DNA of 64,000 nt from Burkholderiaceae bacterium (lineage in GTDB: Bacteria; Pseudomonadota; Gammaproteobacteria; Burkholderiales; Burkholderiaceae_C), in the NCBI GenBank assembly GCA_041912595.1, contig JAYRMR010000013.1, positions 1 to 64,000 of the forward strand, given 5' to 3'. Made by a program: the position numbers and the translations under genes. The notes under the pieces are model-generated. The model made no database searches, was not told the origin of the DNA, and saw only the letters and a list, made by a program, of their open reading frames with translations. Below, piece after piece: positions 1 to 7,743 of the stretch (positions are counted from its first letter, which is position 1; the number at the start of each line of letters is the position of its first letter).

Positions 1-337
1 TGCGCGAGCCTTCGGCGATGCGCATGATCTCCTTGGTGGCGGCCACGTCTTCCGTCAGGTCGAAGTAGTGGCAGCCGGCTTCCAGGGCCATGTGGGCGGC
101 GGGGATGGCCAGGTGGTAGGGCAGCGCGTTCACGATGGCATCGAAGCCACGCACCAGGGCGGCGGCACCCGGGCCGATCTCCTGCACGGTCTGAACCTTG
201 ATGCCCTCTTCGGACAGGGCCGCCAGGGCCTTCTCGTTCTTGTCGAAGACGGTCACGTCGTAGTGGCCGGAGTTGCGCAGCAGGCGGGCGATGGTCTCGC
301 CGATGTGGCCGGCGCCGAGCAGTGCGATCTTCATGGA
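1..337 (-). CDS. Saccharopine dehydrogenase-like NAD(P)-binding protein (N-terminal part; gene continues beyond window start)
   Basis: Reverse-strand translation from the ATG at 337 reads MKIALLGAGHIGETIARLL…HYDVTVFD, a Rossmann GxGxxG fold typical of saccharopine/lysine dehydrogenases. RBS GGAGG lies upstream. The forward ORF 68..460 is its antisense shadow. Confidence 0.6.
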
Positions 338-493
338 GGTCTCCTCTTGGAATGCAGTGTGATGGGCCGCAGTCTAGGAAGAGCGATTGACGAAAGAAAG
401 CATGAGTTCGTCATAAACGGCTATGCTTTCGACGATTCGTCATCCAGTCTTGACGAATAGCAAAATTCAAGGGTTTCTCAGGAGTCCCGTTTC

Positions 494-985
494 ATGAGCA
501 CGCGCAAGCCCCCGGCCATGGCCGCCGTCAGCACCTTTGCCGCCCCGCGCGACCAGATCGACCGCGACCTCATCACCCTGCTGCAGGCCCACGCACGCGA
601 GAGCACCGCCAATCTGGCGCGCAAACTCGGCATCGCCCGCACGACCGTGGTGGCGCGACTCGCGCGGCTGGAGTCCGAGGGCGTGGTGGTGGGCTACACG
701 GTCAAGCTGGGCTCGGAGGCCGCGGACCGCGGCGTGCAGGCCTATGTCGGGATCAGCGTGCAGCCGAAGGCGCAGCGGGAGGTGATCAAGCGCCTCTCGC
801 GCCTGCCTGAGCTGCGGCAGCTGGCGTCCGTCAGCGGTGAGTTCGACTACATGGCCCTGCTGCGCGCAGACACCACCATGCGCCTGGATGCCCTGCTGGA
901 CGAGATCGGCGAGATCGAGGGCGTGATCAAGACCACGACGTCCGTCGTGCTCGCCCTGCGCGTGGACCGCAGCGCCGGCGGCTGA
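494..985 (+). CDS. Lrp/AsnC family transcriptional regulator
   Basis: 163 aa with an N-terminal HTH (LARKLGIARTTVVARLARLE) and a C-terminal RAM/AsnC_trans_reg fold. Divergent from the dehydrogenase gene, the classic Lrp arrangement. Confidence 0.85.
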   Translation: MSTRKPPAMAAVSTFAAPRDQIDRDLITLLQAHARESTANLARKLGIARTTVVARLARLESEGVVVGYTVKLGSEAADRGVQAYVGISVQPKAQREVIKRLSRLPELRQLASVSGEFDYMALLRADTTMRLDALLDEIGEIEGVIKTTTSVVLALRVDRSAGG

Positions 986-1074
986 GCCCGCAAGCACCCC
1001 GGCGGCCGCCGTCAACCTGGCATGCGGCTTGCACGTTGTCCGCAGCATCAGCCCTCATTCTTGCGGAGTGCACC

Positions 1075-1212
1075 ATGAAGCTGCAGACCCTGCCCCATCG
1101 CGGACACCGCCTGAGCACCGCGCTCAAGGCCGTGGTCCTCATCGCCCTGGTTTGGGGCGTCGCCTACCCGGCGCTGCTGTGGGGTCTGCAGCACGCGCTG
1201 CCTGCGGCCTGA
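1075..1212 (+). CDS. Possible small membrane protein (45 aa)
   Basis: MKLQTLPHRGHRLSTALKAVVLIALVWGVAYPALLWGL… has one hydrophobic helix and very high GC3. Too short for the ORF track. Confidence 0.25.
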   Translation: MKLQTLPHRGHRLSTALKAVVLIALVWGVAYPALLWGLQHALPAA

Positions 1213-1257
1213 GCGGCCGTCGCTCCGCCTGATCTTCCATCGCCCAGGAGTTCCGCG

Positions 1258-1431
1258 ATGTCCTACCGCCCGCTTCCCGTCTCTTCCGTGGCTCGCCCGT
1301 CGGCCTGGCGCGCGCTGCTCCTGTGGGCCGTGCTGACGGCCCTGGCCCTGGGTGGCTTCTCGATGCTGCGCCAGCTGGAGGGCGACGCGAACATCGTGCA
1401 GTCGCCCGCGCCTCACGCCGCGCGGGCCTGA
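1258..1431 (+). CDS. Possible small membrane protein (57 aa)
   Basis: MSYRPLPVSSVARPSAWRALLLWAVLTALALGGFSML… has a single TM segment and high GC3. Confidence 0.25.
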   Translation: MSYRPLPVSSVARPSAWRALLLWAVLTALALGGFSMLRQLEGDANIVQSPAPHAARA

Positions 1432-1440
1432 GGTCCGTGC

Positions 1441-2658
1441 TCAGCCGAGGCCGAAGGGGTCGTCCAGCGACTTCATCGGCGGCGTGAACCAGCGCGGGCC
1501 GTCGGCGCTCATGAACATGTGGTCCTCGTGCCGCACGCCGAATTCGCCGGGGCAGACGATCATGGGCTCGTTGCTGAAGCACATGCCCACGTCCAGCGGC
1601 GTCAGGTCCCCCTCGACCATGTAGGGCCACTCGTGGATGTCCAGCCCGCAGCCGTGCCCGGTGCGGTGCGGCAAGCCCGGCAGGCGATAGCCCGGGCCCA
1701 GCCCGGCGGCCTCCAGCACGCGGCGCGCGGCGCGGTCCACCTCTTGGCAGGCCCGCCCCAGCTGCGCCGCCTCGAAGGCCGCAGCCTGCGCGGCCTGCTC
1801 CAGGTTCCAGATCTCGCGCTGGCGCGCCGTGGGCGTGCCGAAGACGTAGCTGCGCGTGATGTCCGACATATAGCCCTCCACCAGACAGCCGGTGTCGATC
1901 AGCACCATGTCGCCCTCGCGCAGGGTCTGCGGCTCCTTCACGCCATGCGGGAATGAGCTGGCGACGCCGAAGAGCACGATCTTGAAGTAGGAGCCCGGCG
2001 CGCCGACGCGGCGGTGCGCCTCGTCGAGGAAGGCGGCCACCTCGGTCGTGGTGATGCCCTCGTGCAGGATGCTGGCGGCGGCGCGGTGCACGGCCAGCGT
2101 CATGTCATGGGCGCGCTGCATCAGCGCAAGCTCCGCCGCGGACTTGCGCATGCGGCAGGCCGCCGTCATCGGGCGGGCGTTGATCCACTGCAGCGTCGGC
2201 GCGACCTGGCGAAGGCCATCGGCCACGAAGAAGGGGCAGTCTTCCGACAGCCCCACCGTCGCCCCCGGGCCCACGCCCATCTCGCCCAGGACGCCGGCCA
2301 GCAGCGCATAGGGGCTCTCGTGCTCCTCCCACAGGCGCAGCTCGCCGGGCAGCAGCCAGTAGTCCCGCAGCGTGCCCTCCTCGAAGGCTGGGGCGAGGTA
2401 CTGCAGCGCGCCCTGCGCAGGCACCAGCGCGCCCACGAGGCGCTCGCTGGCCGGCCAGGCGAGGCCCGTGAAATAGCGCAGGTTCGTGCCGGCATGCAGA
2501 TACACGGCCGCCACGCCCGCCTCGCGCATCAGGCCTTGCAGGCGTCGCAGGCGCGTCTCGTACTCACCCACGCCGATGGGCTCGACGCCCGCCGTCATGA
2601 CCTGCAACTCAGCCAGCGCCTCCGCACGGGAGCGCCCGCCCACACCGATTGCCTTCAT
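1441..2658 (-). CDS. M24 family metallopeptidase (Xaa-Pro dipeptidase/creatinase-like)
   Basis: 405 aa with a creatinase N-terminal domain and the pita-bread fold metal ligands (DTGC…, HRTGHGCGLDIHE…, NEPMIV…, HEDHM). Confidence 0.85.
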   Translation of the reverse strand: MKAIGVGGRSRAEALAELQVMTAGVEPIGVGEYETRLRRLQGLMREAGVAAVYLHAGTNLRYFTGLAWPASERLVGALVPAQGALQYLAPAFEEGTLRDYWLLPGELRLWEEHESPYALLAGVLGEMGVGPGATVGLSEDCPFFVADGLRQVAPTLQWINARPMTAACRMRKSAAELALMQRAHDMTLAVHRAAASILHEGITTTEVAAFLDEAHRRVGAPGSYFKIVLFGVASSFPHGVKEPQTLREGDMVLIDTGCLVEGYMSDITRSYVFGTPTARQREIWNLEQAAQAAAFEAAQLGRACQEVDRAARRVLEAAGLGPGYRLPGLPHRTGHGCGLDIHEWPYMVEGDLTPLDVGMCFSNEPMIVCPGEFGVRHEDHMFMSADGPRWFTPPMKSLDDPFGLG

Positions 2659-2677
2659 GATTCGCCTCGCAGTTCTT

Positions 2678-2689
2678 TTGATATATCAA
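2678..2689. promoter_or_regulatory. Perfect 12-bp palindrome TTGATATATCAA in divergent promoter region (peptidase / OmpA-like paralog 1)
   Basis: Seen directly in the sequence, in an AT-richer intergenic stretch 20 bp upstream of the minus-strand start at 2658. Confidence 0.3.
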
Positions 2690-2824
2690 CAGAATACCAC
2701 CGCATTACATGAGCCGATGTCACCGCTGCTTGCAATTTCCCACCGCTCGGGGGATGGGCGCATCCACGCGCGACTCCTATCGTGCGCGGGCGCCAATCGG
2801 GCGTACCTTCCACCAACGATCGAT

Positions 2825-3667
2825 ATGCGTCGAGCCCTGCCCCGCGTTCTGCTGCCCCTGACCCTTGCCCTCAGCGCCCTGTCGAGCCACGCACTCGAGG
2901 TCTCGCCCGTCAAGGGCTACGCCGGCAATGGCGAGAAGACCAAGGCGATGGACGTGGTCAAGGTGTGGGCCGTCTGCGGCACCAGCTACTGCGAGGACAC
3001 TCCGGCCGGCAAGCGCCGGGACATCGAGCTGGTCGGCCGAGTCCGCGAGCAGACGCTCTTCAACCGCGACAAGGCCCTGATGGTGGGGCCGTCCATCGTG
3101 GCGCGGGAGTACGCGGACGTGGCCAAGCGTCAGGGCGGCAAGCTCATCAATCAGCTGGAAGGCTCCAGCGGCCCCTTCATCTACCGCTTCGCGCGTGCGG
3201 ATGGCGGTGCCGACTGGCTGGTGCTCAAGGACAACTTCGAGGGCTACTACACCCTCATCGTGGTCGAGGAAGCCCAGCGCGAGAGCACCGTCACCATCTC
3301 GGCGCAGGACATGTCCAATGCGCTGAAGGCCGAAGGCGACGTGGCCCTGTACATCGAGTTCGAGACCGCCAAGGCCGAGATCCTGCCGGCCGGCCAGGGC
3401 CTGGTGAAGGAGATCGTCACCCTGCTGCGCAACGAGCCGACGCTGAAGGTTTCGATCGAGGGCCACACCGACAACACCGGCAATGCCGCCGAGAATCAGC
3501 GTCTCTCGCAGGCCCGGGCCGAGGCGGTCATGAAGGCCGTGATCGCGCAGGGCATCGATGCCAAGCGGCTGAAGTCCGCCGGCCACGGCGCGACCTACCC
3601 GATCGCGGACAACCGCAAGGAGGCAGGCCGCAGCAAGAACCGCCGCGTTGAGCTGGTCAAGCTGTGA
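2825..3667 (+). CDS. Periplasmic OmpA-family protein, paralog 1 (signal peptide + uncharacterised ~170-aa N-domain + OmpA C-like domain)
   Basis: Signal peptide MRRALPRVLLPLTLALSALSSHA. C-terminus carries the OmpA/MotB peptidoglycan-binding motif IEGHTDNTGNAAENQRLSQARAEAV…NRRVELV. Start chosen at the Met followed by a signal peptide within ORF 2486..3667. Confidence 0.8.
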   Translation: MRRALPRVLLPLTLALSALSSHALEVSPVKGYAGNGEKTKAMDVVKVWAVCGTSYCEDTPAGKRRDIELVGRVREQTLFNRDKALMVGPSIVAREYADVAKRQGGKLINQLEGSSGPFIYRFARADGGADWLVLKDNFEGYYTLIVVEEAQRESTVTISAQDMSNALKAEGDVALYIEFETAKAEILPAGQGLVKEIVTLLRNEPTLKVSIEGHTDNTGNAAENQRLSQARAEAVMKAVIAQGIDAKRLKSAGHGATYPIADNRKEAGRSKNRRVELVKL

Positions 3668-4533
3668 TGCAGGCGCCCCACCAGATGTCACTGCACCGCC
3701 GCTCCCTGCTCGCCCTGCTCGCCAGCGCGGGTCTGCCCGGCTTCGCCCGAGCCGCCGAAAGCGAGATGACCGATCACCCGCTGCTGTCCGGCATGAGCGG
3801 CTTCGCCCTGCGCAGCAAGACGGCGCGGGAGGCAGATACCTTCGTCCTCGAGAAGGTCTGCGGCAAGCTGCCCTCGCAGGCCCTGCCCTGGCTGGTGGAC
3901 GGCAAGGTCACCCGCATGGAATACCGGCCGCAGGGGAAGGGCAGCGGGCCGCTGGCCATCCTGCGCAGCTACCAGCAGGCCATCGCCAAGGCGGGTGGCC
4001 AGCAGCTCAACACCGGCTTCAGCCTCAGCGACGACGGCGTGCAGTACATGCCGCACGTCTTCCGTCTGCAGGTCGACAAGACCCCGGTGGTGGTGGTCCT
4101 CCTCCTCGACACGAGCAACTACCAGCTGACGATCATCGAGCAGCAGCCCTTGGGCGAGCTGGTGACAGCCTCAAAGCTGGCGGCCGACCTGAAGGCCGCG
4201 GGCGTGGCCACGCTGCACATCGAGTTCGAGACCGGCAAGTCCCAGCTGCCCTCCGCCGGGCAGGCGATGGTCAAGGAGATTGCCACGCTGTTGCGCAATG
4301 CGCCGGAGCTTCAGCTGTCCATCGAGGGGCACACCGACCGCGTCGGGCAGGCCGCGGACAACTTGCGACTGTCCCAGGAGCGCGCGGAGGCCGTGATGAA
4401 GGCGGTGGTGGCCCAGGGCATCGAGGCCAAGCGCCTGAAGGCCGTGGGGCACGGCCAGAACGAGCCCGTGGCGGACAACCGCACCGAGGAAGGCCGCGCC
4501 AAGAACCGCCGGGTCGAACTGGTCAAGAGATAA
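3664..4533 (+). CDS. Periplasmic OmpA-family protein, paralog 2
   Basis: Same architecture as paralog 1 (IEGHTDRVGQAADNLRLSQERAEAV…NRRVELVKR). Start overlaps the upstream stop (ATGA). Confidence 0.8.
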   Translation: MMQAPHQMSLHRRSLLALLASAGLPGFARAAESEMTDHPLLSGMSGFALRSKTAREADTFVLEKVCGKLPSQALPWLVDGKVTRMEYRPQGKGSGPLAILRSYQQAIAKAGGQQLNTGFSLSDDGVQYMPHVFRLQVDKTPVVVVLLLDTSNYQLTIIEQQPLGELVTASKLAADLKAAGVATLHIEFETGKSQLPSAGQAMVKEIATLLRNAPELQLSIEGHTDRVGQAADNLRLSQERAEAVMKAVVAQGIEAKRLKAVGHGQNEPVADNRTEEGRAKNRRVELVKR

Positions 4534-4560
4534 GGCCCGGACCGGCGCTCAGGCGGTCAG

Positions 4561-4974
4561 TCAGGGCGCCAGGCGCGCCAGCTCCCGCTCCAGCGCGATG
4601 ACGTCCTGCCGCGCGCGCTGCAGGGCCTCGGCCGCTCCCGGCTCGCGGCCGGCCAGCTGCAGCGCGGCCAGGCGCGCGCGTTCTTGGTCGAGTTCCTGCT
4701 GAAGGATCTGGCGCCGCCCTTCGTCGTTGCTGCGGGACGGTACCGTGCTGACCGTTCGGACCACCCCCGCGGCAGACGCCGTCGCGATCTCGCCGCCGGG
4801 TGCGCGCGCCGCGACCGGGCAGGCCTTGCCGCCCGATCCCAGCCATTCCACGCCACCTTGCCGGCAGGACGCGCCCGTGGCGGCCTGCGCGCGCTCCAGG
4901 ATGACGCCGCCGGCCTGCACGTCCAGCGCGCAGGCCAGCACAGCGAGCCCCGTCAGGAGTCGCCCGCCGCGCAT
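4561..4974 (-). CDS. Hypothetical secreted protein with coiled-coil C-terminus
   Basis: Start taken at MRGGRLLTGLAVLACALDVQA (signal peptide). C-terminus is a heptad-like stretch QQELDQERARLAALQLAG…IALERELARL. Last gene of the divergent minus-strand trio next to the tad locus. Confidence 0.45.
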   Translation of the reverse strand: MRGGRLLTGLAVLACALDVQAGGVILERAQAATGASCRQGGVEWLGSGGKACPVAARAPGGEIATASAAGVVRTVSTVPSRSNDEGRRQILQQELDQERARLAALQLAGREPGAAEALQRARQDVIALERELARLAP

Positions 4975-4984
4975 GCGGTGCTCA

Positions 4985-5356
4985 TCAGCCGCCGCTACTG
5001 CTGCCATTGTTGACAGTCACCCGCGCCAGGCGCCCCATGTCGTCTTCCACGGTCACCACCATGCTGGTCATGCAGATGCCGCCCACGAAGTTGATCTGGA
5101 AGGCGTCACCACTGGCCGGCACCACCGAGCGACTAAAGGACAGGCCCACCGGCAAGGGATTGCTGACCCGGTAGGGCGGCGTGCCGCCAAACACATGCAC
5201 CTGCGGTCCGTTGCCGATATAGCAGCCACCGTCGCCCTTGGAGACGGTCACGGTGCTCATGGACACCTCGATCGAATCGGCCGGGCCGGACTCGTTGCCG
5301 CCACCGCCACAGCCGCTCAGCGCCAGCAGGGCCGCGGCACACCACATCATCTTCAT
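4985..5356 (-). CDS. Small lipoprotein
   Basis: MKMMWCAAALLALSGCGGGG has a lipobox LSGC. 123 aa, Gly/Ser rich. Confidence 0.5.
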   Translation of the reverse strand: MKMMWCAAALLALSGCGGGGNESGPADSIEVSMSTVTVSKGDGGCYIGNGPQVHVFGGTPPYRVSNPLPVGLSFSRSVVPASGDAFQINFVGGICMTSMVVTVEDDMGRLARVTVNNGSSSGG

Positions 5357-5388
5357 CAGGACTCCCTCTTCATTTTTCAAAAACGAAT

Positions 5389-6096
5389 TCACCGCTCGGC
5401 GCGGGTCTGCATCTCCACGATTGCGAAGCTCTCGATGGGCAGACGACCGCGAAGGTAGTAACGGACACATTCATCGGACGCGATCAGGTACTTGGACTCG
5501 AGCACACTCACGTTCCCGAAGGCATCCACACCCGAGTTGCCGCTGCACATGACACGTCGCAGCACACCGGCCATCAGGGGCACCTTGAGTTCATAGCCGT
5601 AGACAACGCGGATCTTCAGGAGGTTGGCATCCCGCAGACGCTGCTGCGAGGAGGCCCCGGGCTTGTCCAGCCGCCACTCCAGGTTGTCATTCGGGATGTA
5701 GGTCTTGCCGGTCGTGGGGTCCTTGACCCCGAAGTCATCGAAGGACTGGGCCGATGGATTCAGGCGTTCCAGCTTCACCGGATGCAGGACCTGATCGAGC
5801 TCCGTGTCCACCTTGGCCTTGGCCAGGCGCACGCTGTCGTTCGTCTCGAAGTTGTTTTGATAGAAGGGGCTGAGCGAGCGCAGCAGGGCGGTCTTCATGA
5901 CCCCTTCGTCCGCGTTGTGCAGGGAGCCCAGGCGCGCGGCCTGGAAGGTCGCGTGGTTGACCTGCAGCTTCGCCATGTAGATGAAGCCGGCCTGCACCAG
6001 GCCCAGCACGAACACGATGGCCACGGGCAGGACGATCACGAACTCGACCAGACCCAGGCCTCTGGGCGACCTGCCATGACGATGCCTGACGCGCAT
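5389..6096 (-). CDS. TadE/TadG-like pseudopilin (Flp pilus assembly)
   Basis: N-terminus MRVRHRHGRSPRGLGLVEFVIVLPVAIVFVLGLVQ matches the TadE-like motif. GGAGGAGG RBS precedes the ATG at 6096. Divergent from flp. Confidence 0.65.
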   Translation of the reverse strand: MRVRHRHGRSPRGLGLVEFVIVLPVAIVFVLGLVQAGFIYMAKLQVNHATFQAARLGSLHNADEGVMKTALLRSLSPFYQNNFETNDSVRLAKAKVDTELDQVLHPVKLERLNPSAQSFDDFGVKDPTTGKTYIPNDNLEWRLDKPGASSQQRLRDANLLKIRVVYGYELKVPLMAGVLRRVMCSGNSGVDAFGNVSVLESKYLIASDECVRYYLRGRLPIESFAIVEMQTRAER

Positions 6097-6474
6097 CTCG
6101 CGCCTCCTCCACTTGAACTCTGTTGATGGGCCCGCCGTACATGGGCGGACCTGCATGAATGCGGGGCGGCGAGCGCCTGTGCAGCCGGGAAGCCCCATGG
6201 AATGGGCCTTGCGGCGGGGCCGGGTCGGGCAGCTTCTCCCCTTTCGGCGGCGCGAGTCTGGCCGGCGTCCGTGACAACGTCAACAAATTCCGTGCATTTT
6301 TAACAATGCAACAGACGCCTTACCTTGACTTACAAACGACCAGCCTTTAGGGGGTGGTGCGCTGCAGCAAACATCGAATAACGTGCCGACCTGTGATGCG
6401 ATGGCCACTGAGTCTCGCGTCCAGACAGGGCCTCAGGAGGAGGCTCGCCATCCACACATCCATGCGAGGAAACC
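6097..6474. promoter_or_regulatory. Divergent promoter/5'-UTR region between tadE/G-like gene and flp pilin
   Basis: A 378-bp noncoding stretch with locally lower GC (TTTTTAACAATGCAACAGACGCCTTACCTTGACTTACAAAC contains a TTGACT -35-like hexamer). Implies a long flp leader. Confidence 0.4.
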
Positions 6475-6771
6475 ATGCTGCAAATGCAACAACGCGCCCT
6501 GAACAAGTCCAAGATCCGCGGTCAGGGCATGACCGAGTACATCATCATCGTGGCGCTGATCGCCATCGCCGCCATCGGCGTCTACAGCCTGTTCGGTGAC
6601 GTGGTGAAGAAGCAGACCGGCGCCATGGCCGCTGGCCTGGCGGGTGACAACGGCAATGCCGTGACCTGGAACGGCAAGGCCAAGGAGAAGACCGAGAACG
6701 AGAAGAAGAAGGTCGAGAACGTGAAGGGCCTGAACGACTTCACGAAGGACAACGACCTGGGTTCGAAGTAA
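6475..6771 (+). CDS. flp: Flp/Fap family type IVc pilin (Flp-1) with extended Lys/Glu-rich C-terminal tail
   Basis: IRGQGMTEYIIIVALIAIAAIGV fits the Flp prepilin motif G/XXXXEY followed by a hydrophobic helix. 98 aa against the typical 50–70. The tail reads KAKEKTENEKKKVENVKGLNDFTKDNDLGSK. Confidence 0.8.
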   Translation: MLQMQQRALNKSKIRGQGMTEYIIIVALIAIAAIGVYSLFGDVVKKQTGAMAAGLAGDNGNAVTWNGKAKEKTENEKKKVENVKGLNDFTKDNDLGSK

Positions 6772-6786
6772 GCACTCTGAGTGCAA

Positions 6787-6835
6787 GGGTGGGGCGCCTG
6801 CGCCTGCACCCTACACTTTGATCCCCACTTTCTTC
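6787..6835 (+). terminator. Putative intrinsic terminator/attenuator downstream of flp
   Basis: GC hairpin GGGTGGGGCGCC-TGCGCC-TGCACCC followed by a T-rich tract (TACACTTTGATCCCCACTTTCTTCT). Sits between flp and the next operon gene. Confidence 0.4.
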
Positions 6836-6845
6836 TACGCACACC

Positions 6846-7694
6846 ATGTCCTCGAGTTCTTCCCGTTTCTTGCTGTCCGCCCTTTGCCTGCTCTCACTGG
6901 CCTCGGCCCATGCGCTGGAGGTGACTCCGCCGCGTGGCTACCAGTTCAGCAAGCCGCCGGAAGTGAAGCAGCACGGGATCTACACGGTCTACATCCGGTG
7001 TGCGTCGAAGTTCTGCGGAAGCATCGCTACTGGCAAGACCGGTGACCTGGAACTGGAGGGCAAGACCTCCCGCTATACGGTCAACGCCATCAGCGACCAG
7101 AACGAGATGGACAGCCGCGCCATCAACAAGGAATACCTGGCGCTGGCCGCGAAAGCGGGTGGTGCACAGGTGGATGAAGGCAATTCGATCGGTCCGAACG
7201 TGTACCGCATCCCTCGTGCCAACGGCAAGGGCGCGGACTGGATCGTGATCGAGCACAACTACGGTCGCCGCTTCGAGATGACCGTCATCGAGGAAGCGGC
7301 CCAGGAACTGACGGCCACGATCACGGCCTCCCAGATGGGCCAGTCGATCGATGCCACCGGCAGCGTCGCGCTCTATATCGAGTTCGACACCGCCAAGGCC
7401 ACGATCAAGCCTGCGGGCGAGGCCACCGTGAAGGAGATCGCCGCGCTGCTCAAGAGCCAGCCGGCGCTGCGCCTCTCGGTGGAAGGCCACACGGACAACG
7501 TCGGCCAGGCCGCCGACAACAAGCGCCTCTCGCAGGCGCGCGCTGAAGCCGTCATGAAGGCCGTGGTCGCCCAGGGCATCGATGCCAAGCGACTCAAGGC
7601 CGTCGGCCAGGGGCAGGAGTACCCCATCGCCGACAACCGGACCGAGGAAGGCCGCGGCAAGAACCGCCGGGTCGAACTCGTCAAGATGAAGTGA
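6846..7694 (+). CDS. Periplasmic OmpA-family protein, paralog 3 (embedded in tad operon)
   Basis: Signal peptide MSSSSSRFLLSALCLLSLASAHA. Same N-domain as paralogs 1 and 2 (ADWLVLKDNFEGYY vs ADWIVIEHNYGRRF). C-terminal OmpA motif VEGHTDNVGQAADNKRLSQARAEAV…NRRVELVK. Confidence 0.85.
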   Translation: MSSSSSRFLLSALCLLSLASAHALEVTPPRGYQFSKPPEVKQHGIYTVYIRCASKFCGSIATGKTGDLELEGKTSRYTVNAISDQNEMDSRAINKEYLALAAKAGGAQVDEGNSIGPNVYRIPRANGKGADWIVIEHNYGRRFEMTVIEEAAQELTATITASQMGQSIDATGSVALYIEFDTAKATIKPAGEATVKEIAALLKSQPALRLSVEGHTDNVGQAADNKRLSQARAEAVMKAVVAQGIDAKRLKAVGQGQEYPIADNRTEEGRGKNRRVELVKMK

Positions 7695-7743
7695 AGCAGG
7701 GGCGGCACGAGCCCGCCCCCTGAACGAGAACGAGGGAGTCGCC

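Noticed and set aside
68-460. 130-aa forward ORF at the window start
   Set aside because: It is antisense to a much better supported minus-strand Rossmann-fold gene (MKIALLGAGHIGE… with RBS). Its translation is low-complexity Gly/Val/Gln with no motifs.
4534-6474. Searched for a TadV/CpaA prepilin peptidase (small polytopic protein with DxD motifs) in all frames around the tad locus
   Set aside because: No candidate found. The only ORFs here are the TadE/G-like gene, the lipoprotein and the coiled-coil protein. The other frames are shadow ORFs. The peptidase is probably encoded elsewhere in the genome.
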